Source of the DNA: Holosporaceae bacterium
GTDB lineage: Bacteria; Pseudomonadota; Alphaproteobacteria; UBA7879; UBA5542
Reading direction: 5' to 3'
DNA length: 64,000 nucleotides
Assembly (NCBI GenBank): GCA_022646525.1
Contig: CP060261.1
Coordinates: forward strand, 664,452-728,451
The notes under the pieces are model-generated. The model saw nothing but the letters and a program-made list of their open reading frames with translations. It searched no databases and was not told where the DNA came from. Position numbers and translations under genes: made by a program. Below, in pieces: positions 1 to 10,327 of the stretch. Positions within the stretch are counted from its first letter, which is position 1. The number at the start of each line of letters is the position of its first letter.

Positions 1-855
1 GTCTGATAGGGGAGTTGTTTGGGGAACAGATATCGGAGGAGAGGAGTTGGGCGCAATTCTTGAGACAGCAGGCCCTGAAGAGAAAGCGTGCCTACAGTAA
101 GAAAACCACGAAGGAAAAAAGAAAAAAAAACTAATGGCGTTAGAAACACATTTTTCCAAAGAGATGTCGGAGTTGGATGAAAAGTTAAATCTGGAAATAG
201 AGAGAATGAAGAAAGAAAAAACAAAACAATAAGAAAGATGAAGTTAGATGGGAGGCGCCCAGATGAAATCAGGACAGCAAGGAGAAGATTTTCACAGCGT
301 ATAATACGTTTTAAACGAAACAAACGTTTAGAACTTTATAATGCTTTAGAGGGGGAGCTTAAAGAAGATGAAGACGCGGGTAATGTAAACTCGTTTATTT
401 AAGACCGTTTTTTATTGTGGAGAAGATTTATAAGAGATTTCAGATGTTTTTATATTTAGGAGCGTGATTAAGAATATTCAAAACAAATTGAGAAGAAAGC
501 GTTTTAGGTTTGTATCGATAATGAGATGAATTTTTCCGTTAAGGAAAGTGCGATGTGCTGTCGTATAGTATAATGTGGTCGATGGATGTTTAGACATGTT
601 TTGAAAAAGATGGTGATGATACCTTTCTCGATGAAGGTATTTTATATGGACTAGAACTGTTTTCGCCGATGGTCGACTCGACTATTATTGGTTTACATGA
701 TGATTGGGCCGCGCATTCATTTAGATGAGATGTGATGATCGTAAGTTTTTACGTGCAGACGTTATTGCCCAGTTTATATTAAACTAGTGCCGGTACTTGC
801 TATGAAACAGGGGTGTTTTTGCGCTGTGTGGTTTAGATGCTTACCACGTAAAAAA

Positions 856-896
856 GGGCGGGCCTGAGATACCCGCCTTTTTTTTTTTTTTTTTTT
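856..896. terminator. Hairpin GGGCGGG-N9-CCCGCC flanked by an A-run and a 19-nt T-run; terminator-like on both strands
   Basis: Read directly: aaaaaagggcgggcctgagatacccgcc followed by T19 (878-896). Confidence 0.55.
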
Positions 897-1505
897 CATG
901 ACGCCGAAGACTACGTCAGTTCAGCCCGTCTCTCAATAAAATGGAAATGACGGCACGTCAGTAGAGACTTCGACAATCACTTCATGGTTTCCCTTATTGT
1001 TATAATATGACCAAAGGATCAGATGTAGCCCTACGAGGTGGTGCTGCCCAGAGAGGTAGGCTTCTCTACAAGGTTTGACCAACCCGCCAACCACAGACTT
1101 TCCCGAGATAAAAGTCATTTCTGTTTATCCCACGGATAGGGGTAAAAGGTGGCCTGTATGTCACAGTCATATTAGGCGGATCGATCAAAGGGCAGCGTGG
1201 CTCTCTGCCATTGGTGGGAAGGGGAGGGACGAATGGGTGCTTTGTACATGGAACGGCTCCTATATTTTTGTTAGAGGTGACGTTATTGTCACCCTGCCAC
1301 CATACTGCCCACGAAGAAAGAAGAGTATTTGAAAAATCTGAATCTTTCTAATTGTAGTTACATTCTTTAATTTTTTGGCGGAAACCCTGGGCTTCTTTTA
1401 CCTCATTTTTTGAAAAAAATGAAAACCCCGTTGACACCCCCTTTAGGCCCCCAAACAAAGAGAAAATTTGAATATTTTTCAACCAGAATTATTTTTTTAA
1501 CCCCG

Positions 1506-1531
1506 CCCAGGCCCCCGTACCTGGGTTTTTT
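1506..1531 (+). terminator. Rho-independent terminator-like hairpin just upstream of the holin RBS
   Basis: cccagg-cccccgta-cctggg followed by tttttt. Confidence 0.5.
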
Positions 1532-1548
1532 ATATGAAGGAGGACACA

Positions 1549-2008
1549 ATGTTAACGCTTTTAGGATCGCTTTTTAGGGTTTGTGGGCAGCTTGGTGCCT
1601 GAAATTTTTAAAATGGTGCGCGATCGCACCGACCAAGCCCATGAGTTGGCCATTTTAGACCGTCAAATTGACATGATGAAGATGAAACACAAGCTTACCC
1701 TTGAGGAATTAAGTGCCATTGGGGAGGCCGAGGCCGTGAAGGTGTTGTATAAGTATCCCCAGAAAATGGGCATTTTGTGGGTGGATGCCTTAAGTGGCAG
1801 TGTGCGCCCGCTGATTACCTATGCCTTTTTTATTTTATATGTGGCGTTAAAAGGGGTGCAAATTTATGGCCTGTGGTGTGCTTTGCCCGCCATGGGATGG
1901 GACCATTTGCTGATGAAAATTTGGCAGGAAGAAGACCAAATTTTATTTGCCACCGTGATGTCGTTTTGGTTTGGCCAACGGGCCCTGATGCGGCGCCTGA
2001 AAAAATAG
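1549..2008 (+). CDS. Phage/GTA-type holin-like membrane protein
   Basis: ORF 1583..2008 has an N-terminal amphipathic part followed by hydrophobic helices (ITYAFFILYVALKGVQIYGLWCALPAMGW) and sits directly upstream of a lysozyme. An ATG at 1549 with RBS gaaggagg opens MLTLLGSLF but is 1 nt out of frame with the ORF, across a T5 run. The family call rests on resemblance to the 3-TM GTA-release holin family and on position. Confidence 0.5.
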
Positions 2009-2180
2009 ATGTTTTGTGAACAGGGCTTTTGGTGGCTGACCTTTTGATGATTGGCCTTGCGCATGGAAAAAGAAGGGATGAAAAGAAGGGGGGTGGTCCG
2101 GATTGCAAAGCTAGAGGTGCACAGGTGTGCCCCACCTAACAAAGTAAGAAAAACAAATAGATAAAAAAAGGAGGACAAAA

Positions 2181-2632
2181 ATGAATACATATGCAAAGCG
2201 ATTGATTCGGTATTTTGAAGGCCATTCATACCGGCCCTATCGATGCCCGGCGGGCTATTGGACCATTGGGTATGGACATAAAATTAAGCCCCATGAAACG
2301 TTTTCTGTATTGACAGATCGCGAGATTGAAGCTCTACTAAACCAAGATTTGAATGAGCGCCAGCACCATCTTGCGGCATTGATTCAAGTTCCATTAACAC
2401 AGCATGAAGAGGGCGCATTGCTTTCTTTTATATTTAACGTGGGGGCAGGGGCCTTTCAGCGATCGGCCCTTCGGATGAAAAATCAACCGAAAAGAACATG
2501 GGGAGGTGGTTCATGAATTTCGCAAGTGGATTTGGGCGGGCGGCAAAAAAAAGCCCAGGGCTGATGGCCCGGCGCATGGCAGAAGCGCAGTGCTATCTTG
2601 GCAACAGTTTTTTAAAAACAAGTAATCATTAA
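2181..2632 (+). pseudogene. Glycoside hydrolase family 24 (T4-type) phage lysozyme, frameshifted in the C-terminal third
   Basis: N-terminus IRYFEGHSYRPYRCPAGYWTIGYGH is the GH24 catalytic-Glu region. After residue ~100 the conserved tail (EFRKWIWAGGKK / PGLMARRMAEAQCYLG) continues in other frames around an A8 run at ~2545-2552. Confidence 0.8.
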
Positions 2633-2796
2633 AAAAGTATTTTAATTATAAGTAATTGTAATTAATAATTTCTACAAGAGGCTGAAATGATAAGTATAAA
2701 TAAATTTAATTTAATTTTAATACTTAACATAGGGCTTCTTTCCCTTTTATTTACTGCACAACCGCCACAGCGGGCGATAAAGATGAGGCGTTAAAC

Positions 2797-3216
2797 GTGT
2801 CTTCAGAGGGTGTTCTATGGCGTCTGGGGTGGCAGGCCTTTGACAACAACAGCAGCGCTGGATATTCCGGTGCTGGGCATCGTGTGGCCAACACAGAAGA
2901 CCCCTTACCTATGGCGCATTCTGCCCCTGCCGTGTTGTTAGGTGGGCCCGGTGAATGGGCGGAGACAGGTGACGATGATCTGCCAGCGCGTAGTGTGGCC
3001 GATGATGGATGGGAAAAGCCAAAGCGCACGTTTCGCCGCACACCAGAGGGTTTTTCACCAGAAGACCTAGAGTTCGCCCAAAGAATGCGCCAAATGCAGA
3101 CGCGGGTAGGGCAAGCCCACACCCCTGCAGAAGCGCTGTCTTATGAAGAGCAAATGAAAGTGTTGATGCAGGAGCTTCCGGGTACCCCACACGCCGTCGC
3201 CAACAACAAAAAATGA
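2797..3216 (+). CDS. Hypothetical protein, first gene of the LRR operon
   Basis: ORF with a GTG start; its stop overlaps the next start (ATGA). A signal-peptide-like ORF (MISINKFNLILILNIGLLSLLF, ATG 2687) lies upstream in another frame. Confidence 0.45.
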   Translation: MSSEGVLWRLGWQAFDNNSSAGYSGAGHRVANTEDPLPMAHSAPAVLLGGPGEWAETGDDDLPARSVADDGWEKPKRTFRRTPEGFSPEDLEFAQRMRQMQTRVGQAHTPAEALSYEEQMKVLMQELPGTPHAVANNKK

Positions 3217-4265
3217 AAACACTGCTTGCTTTGGCGCAAGATGCGGGCTTTCCGGACCGTGTTTTGCGGGATTCAGAAGAAGTGATGCTTGCAGAAGCTG
3301 TGGTGGGGCACCACCAGGGCTTACCGTTACAAAATACGGGCTTGTTGTTTGATGCGGGCCATACCGCTGTGTTGCCCCCTGAGTTGGTGGACCGGATTCT
3401 AGAAATGGCGGGGTTAGACGCTGCCGCCCGGTTTTCCCTGACGCACTGTGCGGCTTATGAGCGCTATGGCTTTTTAACAGGGCTGATGGGCCGAAAGCGG
3501 CCGCCTGTGCTGATGGGATACCATTTAGCTGTTGCGAGACGTATGTTTTTGCATGGTGGGCCCGCAACCTATTTAAATATGCGCGGCCTTTGGCCCAATC
3601 CGGCGGACACACGTGCATATTTAAGGCGTGTGCAAGGGTGGAACGCGGCGTCGGGTGCCCGCGTTGTGCGCCTTGATTTAAGCTTATGTAACCAAAACGA
3701 GCGTGCTTTAACGCGCCCAATTGTTGTAACCCGTGCGCCCCTGTTGGCGCAACCCTCGGTGCTTTCGCTGATGACGGGGGTGCGTGATTTTATTTTGGAT
3801 GATGTTGTTTTTGACCCGCGGACTGACCCAGACTTAGGCCATCGTTTTTCTGTAGATCGTTTGATGAGGGCACTTGCATGGCGGAACATTAGGTGCCTGA
3901 GTTTACGCCGTACGGGCATAACGGATGCAGATTTAGACTTTATTGTGGGATGTTTGCTGGGGCAGCATCATTTATCGCTTGATTTGAAGTCGAATCGCCT
4001 GACGCACCTGAGTAATGAAGCCATTGCCTTTTTTGCCAGCCACGTCACCACCTTAGGCCTGAGCAATAACGCCATTTCAAATATTGGCGACTTGATTGGT
4101 GCCCTGCACCAGGGCACGGCTTTGCACACGCTGTATCTGCGGTCGACCGGGATGCGGGGCTTGCGCCTTTACTATATGTTGCTGGAAGCTTTGCAGGGCA
4201 GATCTTCGTTGACGGCCGTTGACTTGAGAGACAACCCAGGCCTTGGTTTGATTTTGGCTTTGTGA
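3213..4265 (+). CDS. Leucine-rich-repeat protein (ribonuclease-inhibitor-like LRRs in the C-terminal half)
   Basis: C-terminal repeats such as LSLRRTGITDADLDFIVGCL, LDLKSNRLTHLSNEAIAFFASH, LGLSNNAISNIGDLIGALHQGTALHTLYLRSTGM and LTAVDLRDNPGLG. It overlaps both neighbours by 4 nt. Confidence 0.65.
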   Translation: MKTLLALAQDAGFPDRVLRDSEEVMLAEAVVGHHQGLPLQNTGLLFDAGHTAVLPPELVDRILEMAGLDAAARFSLTHCAAYERYGFLTGLMGRKRPPVLMGYHLAVARRMFLHGGPATYLNMRGLWPNPADTRAYLRRVQGWNAASGARVVRLDLSLCNQNERALTRPIVVTRAPLLAQPSVLSLMTGVRDFILDDVVFDPRTDPDLGHRFSVDRLMRALAWRNIRCLSLRRTGITDADLDFIVGCLLGQHHLSLDLKSNRLTHLSNEAIAFFASHVTTLGLSNNAISNIGDLIGALHQGTALHTLYLRSTGMRGLRLYYMLLEALQGRSSLTAVDLRDNPGLGLILAL

Positions 4266-4993
4266 TGCAGGTGGTGGCCTACAATAGAAATGTGCGCGAG
4301 ATGCGCATTGGTAGCCTAGGTGCAGGCATGATGCCGCGCCCTGGCCCGCGGGTGCCCCCTATGCCCACAGATGATCAGGATTTAAGACAGCCCATGAAAG
4401 GCACGCAGTTGCATGCGCTGTATTTTGGGGGTGCTGTTGGGCCGGCTGACTTAACAGCGTTAACCAATTTTTTTGCCGGACGGTCGCGCTTGAACCATTT
4501 GGCGTTTCAAGGGGGGGTTGATGCGGCATTGTTGCCAGGGCTGTTGCCTATTGCTTCTCTTCAAACATTGGCCCTTCATGAATGGACGGGCAATGAAGCG
4601 GCATCAACCGCCCTGGGGCGGGCCCTATGGGTGAACCCCACGGTGCACACCTTTGATGTGCGGGGGGCCAATCTTTCTGTTGAGATGCTGACCCAAATTA
4701 TTGTAGGGATCGGCGTTGGCCAACAGTTTGTGCATGATGCATGCGCCCACAAAAAATGTGGCGATGGTGCCTGCTTACATGAGCTGTGGCAGCACAGATA
4801 CCCTAGCCTTTATCGCCGACTGCGTAAACAAGGCAACGCCAAGAAGGGGGCGCCTGTAGAACAAGCCTTTAAAAAGTTAACCGTTATGGTGCACCCTGGA
4901 TATGACGCCGCGGCACAAGAGGCGCTGAGAGGCGTACTACCCCCTGATGTGCGCCTTGAGATGCGCCCCCATCAAGACCCCCTTGAGGGTTAG
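4262..4993 (+). CDS. LRR-like protein (second LRR gene of the operon)
   Basis: Repeats LHALYFGGAVGPADLTALTNFFAGRSRLNHLAFQGG, LQTLALHEWTGNEAASTALGRALWVNPTVHTFDVRGANLSVEML. Confidence 0.55.
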   Translation: MMQVVAYNRNVREMRIGSLGAGMMPRPGPRVPPMPTDDQDLRQPMKGTQLHALYFGGAVGPADLTALTNFFAGRSRLNHLAFQGGVDAALLPGLLPIASLQTLALHEWTGNEAASTALGRALWVNPTVHTFDVRGANLSVEMLTQIIVGIGVGQQFVHDACAHKKCGDGACLHELWQHRYPSLYRRLRKQGNAKKGAPVEQAFKKLTVMVHPGYDAAAQEALRGVLPPDVRLEMRPHQDPLEG

Positions 4994-5502
4994 CTGTCTT
5001 TCAGATGGGCCATGCCTTGGGCGGCACGCATATTTTCAAGACCTTCGTTGTTTTTAATCAGCTCGGCCATTTCACTGCGCGCTTCGTCAACAACATACCC
5101 ATCGGCTTCTTCAGGTGACACGGCTTCCCCTTGATTTGCCGCTGTTTTGGCTTCAGCCTGCCATTCTTTAAGGCGGCCTTCTGCCCAGTCATCGGGATCT
5201 GGGTGGGGGGTGTGTGGATTTTCTTCGAACTGACAAATTAGCACCATATTGCGGGCATAGAGGCGTGATAGCTCAAAAGCCATTTTTTGGCGCTCTTCTT
5301 CTGTAAGGGCGCGCTGAAGATGTTTTGGAATTTTCATTTCTTCAAAAATGGCATCAGCCTGGGTGGTGTGTTCGGTTTCAACAGGTCGTGCGCTGTTCTG
5401 TGTGATGAGATGATAGCTTCTTTGATCTTTAACCATGGCCACAGTCAGTGTGGTGGCGCACAGGATAAACAGCAAAGAAGCCAGGTTTTTTTTGAAGATC
5501 AT
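4990..5502 (-). CDS. Secreted hypothetical protein
   Basis: N-terminal Sec-type signal MIFKKNLASLLFILCATTLTVA. Convergent with the LRR operon. Confidence 0.55.
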   Translation of the reverse strand: MIFKKNLASLLFILCATTLTVAMVKDQRSYHLITQNSARPVETEHTTQADAIFEEMKIPKHLQRALTEEERQKMAFELSRLYARNMVLICQFEENPHTPHPDPDDWAEGRLKEWQAEAKTAANQGEAVSPEEADGYVVDEARSEMAELIKNNEGLENMRAAQGMAHLKDS

Positions 5503-5670
5503 TTTGGCCCCTATTATTTATTAATTTTTACTTAATTATTATATAAAAAAATTAAATAATTACAGTTATTTATTATTAATCAATTAAATAGGATTTGTTT
5601 TTCATTGACCTGGATGGAAAAACAACGGCACACTGAAACACATAAATAAGAAATATAAGGGGAGGGCCAC

Positions 5671-6382
5671 ATGAATTTACGCCTTGTTTTGACTATTATT
5701 AATGCACTTATTTTACCATACCTAGGCTGGGCTGCAGACCAAGACGACGAACAACATGTACGTCGAGAGCGTACATTGGCATGGGTTGGTGGCATGTGTG
5801 CTATGGCTTTTGACGCAAGGCTTCTAACAAATGAGGAAGCGTCGGTGCGCCTCATGGGGTACCACCGCAACAGCAACACTCTGGCACCACACAAGACAAT
5901 TTTGGGATTTGGGGCATGGTTGGCTGGGGTGATCGTACAGCCCCTCCGTATGGGGATGGCCCGCCAAGAAGCCCTTCTTGGCGGGAAAATGATGGTTTGA
6001 TATCGGAAGGTATGCAAGGCGAAGTGGCCCGATGGCTGGCATCGAAACAAAACAGTGCGCGTTCGTCATCTGAGGAAAAAGAAGAGGGCGAAGATGCGTA
6101 CCCTGCTGATGCCTGGTTGGATGCAGGCGATGAGATGGAAGGGGGGGTAATGTCTTTTCTTCAGAGAGGGGCAGTGGTGACGACCAAACGGTGTTGGGCG
6201 ATATGCTTGAGGATGAAGCTTCTGTTGCTAGTGCCCATGTCATAGACGCGCCAGTGGAACTGCCTGCTGTGGTGCCTGTGGTCCCCGTATTTGTGCCGTG
6301 GGTGCCTGAACCCCCGCCACATCGCTGTTGGTGGCAGACGGTGACCCGCTTTCCCTTATGTGCGCAGAAATTGGCTGCGTAA
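5671..6382 (+). pseudogene. Signal-peptide hypothetical gene apparently spread over three frames
   Basis: ORFs 5671..6000 (signal MNLRLVLTIINALILPYLGWA), 5916..6245 and 6191..6382 follow each other on the same strand with overlaps. Confidence 0.3.
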
Positions 6383-6695
6383 AGGCATGAACCATTGGTT
6401 TATCTTATACGATTTTTTCACACTGGGGCGGCATGAAAGCCTTGTGTTTAAAGCCTATTATGCAGTTGTTGACACAGACATCTAAGCGCTTAAAACGAAA
6501 AACGTTTCTCAAATGGCGGCAAGAGATTCGCAGTGTTTTGGGCCAAAATCGGGATGCCTTTTTAGAGGCTAACCCCATTTAGCCCAGAATGATGTAGATG
6601 CAATGCGTATGTTGTATTTATTGATGTGTCGTAAGCGGGGCAGTTATATGCGGGTGATCGAACACCCGCTTATTTAAACCGGCGGCGCATAAGAT

Positions 6696-7058
6696 TTATG
6701 TTATTTCTGAATTAGCGTTTGACATTTGTGCGTGAACCGATAAGGATTCTTGGACAGATTGCTTGATGCGGATGGAGAGGTGCATGGGTCGATTTTTCGT
6801 TTTTCTGCTGTGTGTGATGTGCAGCCAACCCAGTTTATCACTGGACAAAGCCCTTTTAGAAGTGCGGTTAAAAACTGGAAGCCGCGCAAGCCCAGTTAGA
6901 AGAGCGCGCTGGATCTTTAGGGAGGCAGCGTCAATATCAAAAAAGAATTGATCATATTCGTCGTTTATTAGGCCATAAAAGCGCCACCCCTCGGAGATGG
7001 TCATGCGAGACACTGGGGTGGTGTCGTCTGATGCGCGTTCGTTTGCGTCGGTGGGCAA
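6696..7058 (-). CDS. Hypothetical protein
   Basis: ORF only; no recognisable motif. Confidence 0.3.
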   Translation of the reverse strand: MPTDANERASDDTTPVSRMTISEGWRFYGLINDEYDQFFFDIDAASLKIQRALLTGLARLPVFNRTSKRALSSDKLGWLHITHSRKTKNRPMHLSIRIKQSVQESLSVHAQMSNANSEIT

Positions 7059-7663
7059 AGATGTGCTGGCCCGGTTTTTTCCGGAGTGAGGCGGAACGGC
7101 GTGGCAGTGGGATAGAAGCCCAGAAATCTCGCCCTCAGCTGCCTGTCAAAGAAACACGGGATGCTCTTACAGACAGTGGGCAGGTGATGTTGCCGTTATC
7201 TTTGCGGAAACGATCGGGCATGCCGGTGGTGGCAGAAAAGGCCTGTCAAGAGAGACCCCGAAAGGGTGGTGATTGATGGCGACCCCAAGAGCATGCACCC
7301 ACAGCTGGTATAGAGGGCGCCCATCTGGCCACCTTGGCCAAAGCTTTGCCGGGAACACACGCCCAAAACACACGCCTTTCTTTAACAGGAAGCAGGCCGG
7401 GGGGCGCATGGTCGGCCCCCGTGGCACAAACGGTGCGCTATAACCGTATGGGCTGGGGAGACGCCCCGCCTCCGATTAAAAGCCCTTTGTTTCCGCCGGC
7501 ATCCCATCCCAGCATGATGCACACCCATAGACCCCTGGGAATGCACCCTGGCACCCTTCCTGGCATGGCACCCCCTGCAGTGGCCCCACCGATGGATCAC
7601 GGAGGCTGTTCTTTTTCGCCCGCGCGCTTGGTGGAAATTTGGCATCGGCCCCAACCAGCATCA

Positions 7664-7689
7664 TAAAAAAACAGCGGCCAAAGCCGCTG
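7664..7689 (-). terminator. Rho-independent terminator after ORF 7713..8105
   Basis: cagcggc-caaa-gccgctg, with a T-run on the minus strand (A-run 7665-7671 on plus). Confidence 0.55.
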
Positions 7690-7712
7690 CAAGTTTGCTA
7701 GTGAGGTAAAAA

Positions 7713-8105
7713 TTATCGCGCAAGCGCGATATGGGGAAGAGGGTGATTTGGATCAATCATAACACTGTTAAACCGCGCATTCTTCACATGCCTGGATTGG
7801 GGGTGCTTTGTAGAAGGGGCTGGCATAGGCAGTGTGGGGTTGATGGATCGATGTGCCATTAAAGTAAAATTCTGTGGGGCGAAAAGGGCAGGCGTTTTAG
7901 GCTGTTCTTCTGACAGCGCGCCGTGGCCTGATGCCAGATGAAAACCGTGCATGCCCAGGTGGTAATTGGTTTCATCGTGGGGTGGAATATCTGCGTTGAC
8001 ATGTGCTGTGCATGAAAGCTTTTTCATGTTGATCATAGCGGCTTTCTTCGGAGAAGCGATTGTTTGCGTGTGGCTTGGGGCGTCTAAACGCAGTCTTGTT
8101 TGCAT
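7713..8105 (-). CDS. Hypothetical protein
   Basis: ORF followed by a terminator. Confidence 0.4.
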   Translation of the reverse strand: MQTRLRLDAPSHTQTIASPKKAAMINMKKLSCTAHVNADIPPHDETNYHLGMHGFHLASGHGALSEEQPKTPALFAPQNFTLMAHRSINPTLPMPAPSTKHPQSRHVKNARFNSVMIDPNHPLPHIALAR

Positions 8106-8746
8106 CTTGTTATACCTAATTCTTAGAAAATATTACTTTTTAAACCTGTTAAGTTCTTTTTTATTATACCCAAAGGATGATCGTACGGGCGTACAACCGG
8201 CCTTACGGAAGATCAATATACGTTGTTTCTTCACCCGGCAAAACGACGGGAATAAGACGTGTTTTATGTGTATTGAAATAGGGGGTGCATACCATTATTA
8301 AGCCTCCATATGCTAAATGTACTTTTGTACGGTAATCTAACTATATTCTAACCTGTTAGTGTTAGTGTTCTTTTTGTACTTTTCATTCCTTATCTGGAAT
8401 GTTGTTATTTTTATCTACTCTTAAATTATTACATTTTAGTAAAGATTTCAAGGATTTTTTAGTATTTTTGTAAGAAAAAACATGTAAAAAAAGATAAGAA
8501 ATTACAAAATTTTATGCTGTGGATCTTTTTTTTTTTTGAAGGATGTATTTTCCCCTTTTGTGTCTGAAAAAAAATCTTATTTCTGACTTTTTAGTTAGAT
8601 ATAGGCAGGCAGGGAATGGGATGTCTTTGGTTTTTATGTTGGTTTTTCTGAAGGGTAGGGCAAAATCTTAGATAACTTAAGGGGATAAAAAGACGAGGGG
8701 GCGCAGACAGGGCCAAGGCCCCTAATAAGCGACCCCCTGCCTTGGG

Positions 8747-9187
8747 TTACCACCTGAATAGTTTTTTACTTCTTTCACGGCGTTCTGCGCATCTTTTCCA
8801 AGCACCTTTTTTTTTGCCTGAGGCTAAATCTGTAAGGTCACGGCCTGGCGTTACGCCAAGGGCCTGGGCCACACGTGCCGACGTTACCAACGGCTTTACT
8901 GACCTTTGCATTGGTGCGCTTAAAGCGTTCTCTTTCTTTTCTTTTTCTTCGGCTTCTTGGGCCGCAAGATGGGCGTCTTCTTCTTCAAACACTTGCTGTT
9001 GCGCGGCTTGAACTTGGTGTGGCGGCGGTGGATTTGCCACCACAGGATTCTTTGGGCGCCACCTGTTTACCCAGGTGCGCGTGGGTTTTAGGGCGGTCAG
9101 CGTTAAAAGGGCGGCAAAAAGAAGGGGGTGTTGAAACGGTGTATCATGATGCTTCCTATCGATATGTTTATATTTTGTGTTCATCAT
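8747..9187 (-). CDS. Hypothetical protein with one hydrophobic segment and an acidic/Gln-rich middle
   Basis: ORF only (PLLFAALLTLTAL helix). Confidence 0.35.
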   Translation of the reverse strand: MMNTKYKHIDRKHHDTPFQHPLLFAALLTLTALKPTRTWVNRWRPKNPVVANPPPPHQVQAAQQQVFEEEDAHLAAQEAEEKEKKENALSAPMQRSVKPLVTSARVAQALGVTPGRDLTDLASGKKKGAWKRCAERRERSKKLFRW

Positions 9188-9659
9188 CTAGGAAAGCGCG
9201 CTGCTGGAAGCACGAAATAAGGGTACTGTAAAAAAGACATGCCGTGTAAATCGGTATAAAAAGGCCAACATGGCTGGCCTTTTTAAGATGAAAAAAGAGC
9301 GTACTCTTTTTCAGCAGGTTTTTTTTTTTTTGAGGCAGGGTCTTTAGGTTTGCCACCTTTATTACCTTTTTGCCTTTTCCGCCGCTTCTGCCGCCAAAGA
9401 TACTGCCCCGACGTCTGACGGTGACATTACCCGTCGCCGCCGCGTCCGGTTTATCATCCATTGCTGATGCTGTTGGGTCAACACGCTTCTGGCTTTTTGA
9501 GCGTTTCAGGGCGATGCCGACGAAGCGGCGCGTGGACGGCATGTTCGGCTTAAGAGTGCACAGGATGGTATCACCAAACATATAAGTAATCTCAGCTGCT
9601 GGGGTTTCGAATTCAAGGGCCTTGAGTGTTTGATCGTTTCCAAAGGCGCACAAAGACAT
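9168..9659 (-). CDS. Hypothetical basic protein; the true stop is probably at 9283
   Basis: The ORF reads through a 13-nt homopolymer (9319-9331) and then through a terminator hairpin. One extra base in the run would give ...KKKKPAEKEYALFSS-stop at 9283-9285, directly before the hairpin. Confidence 0.4.
   Translation of the reverse strand: MSLCAFGNDQTLKALEFETPAAEITYMFGDTILCTLKPNMPSTRRFVGIALKRSKSQKRVDPTASAMDDKPDAAATGNVTVRRRGSIFGGRSGGKGKKVIKVANLKTLPQKKKNLLKKSTLFFHLKKASHVGLFIPIYTACLFYSTLISCFQQRAFLDDEHKI
9257..9280 (-). terminator. Terminator hairpin lying inside the 3' part of ORF 9168..9659
   Basis: aaaaaggccaacatggctggccttttt. Confidence 0.5.
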
Positions 9660-9689
9660 TCCTTTTTTGTGCGTTATTTCAAGAACATC

Positions 9690-10327
9690 TGCAATTAGAA
9701 GGCCTGCAGCCCCACCATTTCTTTCTTACCAGAACTGATGTGGAAAAAAGGGTGTTGCGTCTGTAAATGCATCTTTAGAAGGCGCTTGGCTGACCCTTTT
9801 TGGTTGCTTTCTTTTGTGTCGTGCGTGTTCAGGCGGTAGACAAGGCCATTTTTTTTTGAAGGGCAAGCACCATGTATACATCTTCGACATCTTTATTAAG
9901 CGTGTCCATCAGTTCTGCCATGGTGAGTGCTTTGCCTGTAAGGACAGTTGTACCTTTTGCGGCCTTGTAGAAGAGGGGTGTATCTACATCCATCTCGGGC
10001 ACGCCTAGGGTTTCAAGTGTTTGGTCAAGCCATTCTTCGGGCTTGTCAAAGTGGGCAGCGTGTGCGCCTTAAGGGTGGTGTTTACCAGTGTGCGCGATGG
10101 GCGTTGCATAGCGGGGTGTACGATATCAAGCACATTAGTGACAGATTGCCTTCGGCCTACGGCTGTGCCGGCATTTTGCACTTGCGCAACCATGTGGCTT
10201 TGAAAGGCTATAGGCAGGCGTTTTGTGTGTGATACGGGGATTCTTCAGCCTTGGCTGCATGTGAAGGGGTTCCCGGCAGCATTAGTGCCACAGCAGCGCA
10301 TAGGGAAAAAAGGGTATGTTTATTCAT
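9690..10327 (-). pseudogene. Secreted hypothetical protein, multiply frameshifted
   Basis: The ATG at 10327 opens with the signal peptide MNKHTLFSLCAAVALMLPGTPSHA. Coding-like sequence continues in other frames, for example FDKPEEWLDQTLETLGVPEMDVDTPLFYKAAKGTTVLTGKALTMAELMDTLNKDVEDVYMVLALQKK. The 3' limit is uncertain. Confidence 0.35.

Noticed and set aside
930-1335. Possible structured RNA (the minus strand contains cgGGAAAGTCtgtgg, reminiscent of the RNase P P4 strand), plus ORFs 933..1118 and 1075..1332
   Set aside because: None of the other RNase P, tmRNA, SRP or group II intron landmarks could be found by eye. The two ORFs overlap each other antisense and have no recognisable motifs. 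Left unannotated.
3067-3919. Minus-strand ORFs 3067..3720 (217 aa) and 3569..3919 inside the LRR operon
   Set aside because: They are antisense to a coupled three-gene operon with recognisable LRR periodicity. Their translations are Pro/Arg/Gly-rich, as is typical of GC-rich shadow frames.
7031-7666. Overlapping ORFs on both strands in a GC-rich stretch (7031..7276, 7334..7666 on plus; 7167..7427, 7382..7654, 7476..7664 on minus)
   Set aside because: All translations are Pro/Gly/Arg/His-rich with no motif, and I cannot decide strand or frame. This is probably a decayed gene, and no call is supportable.
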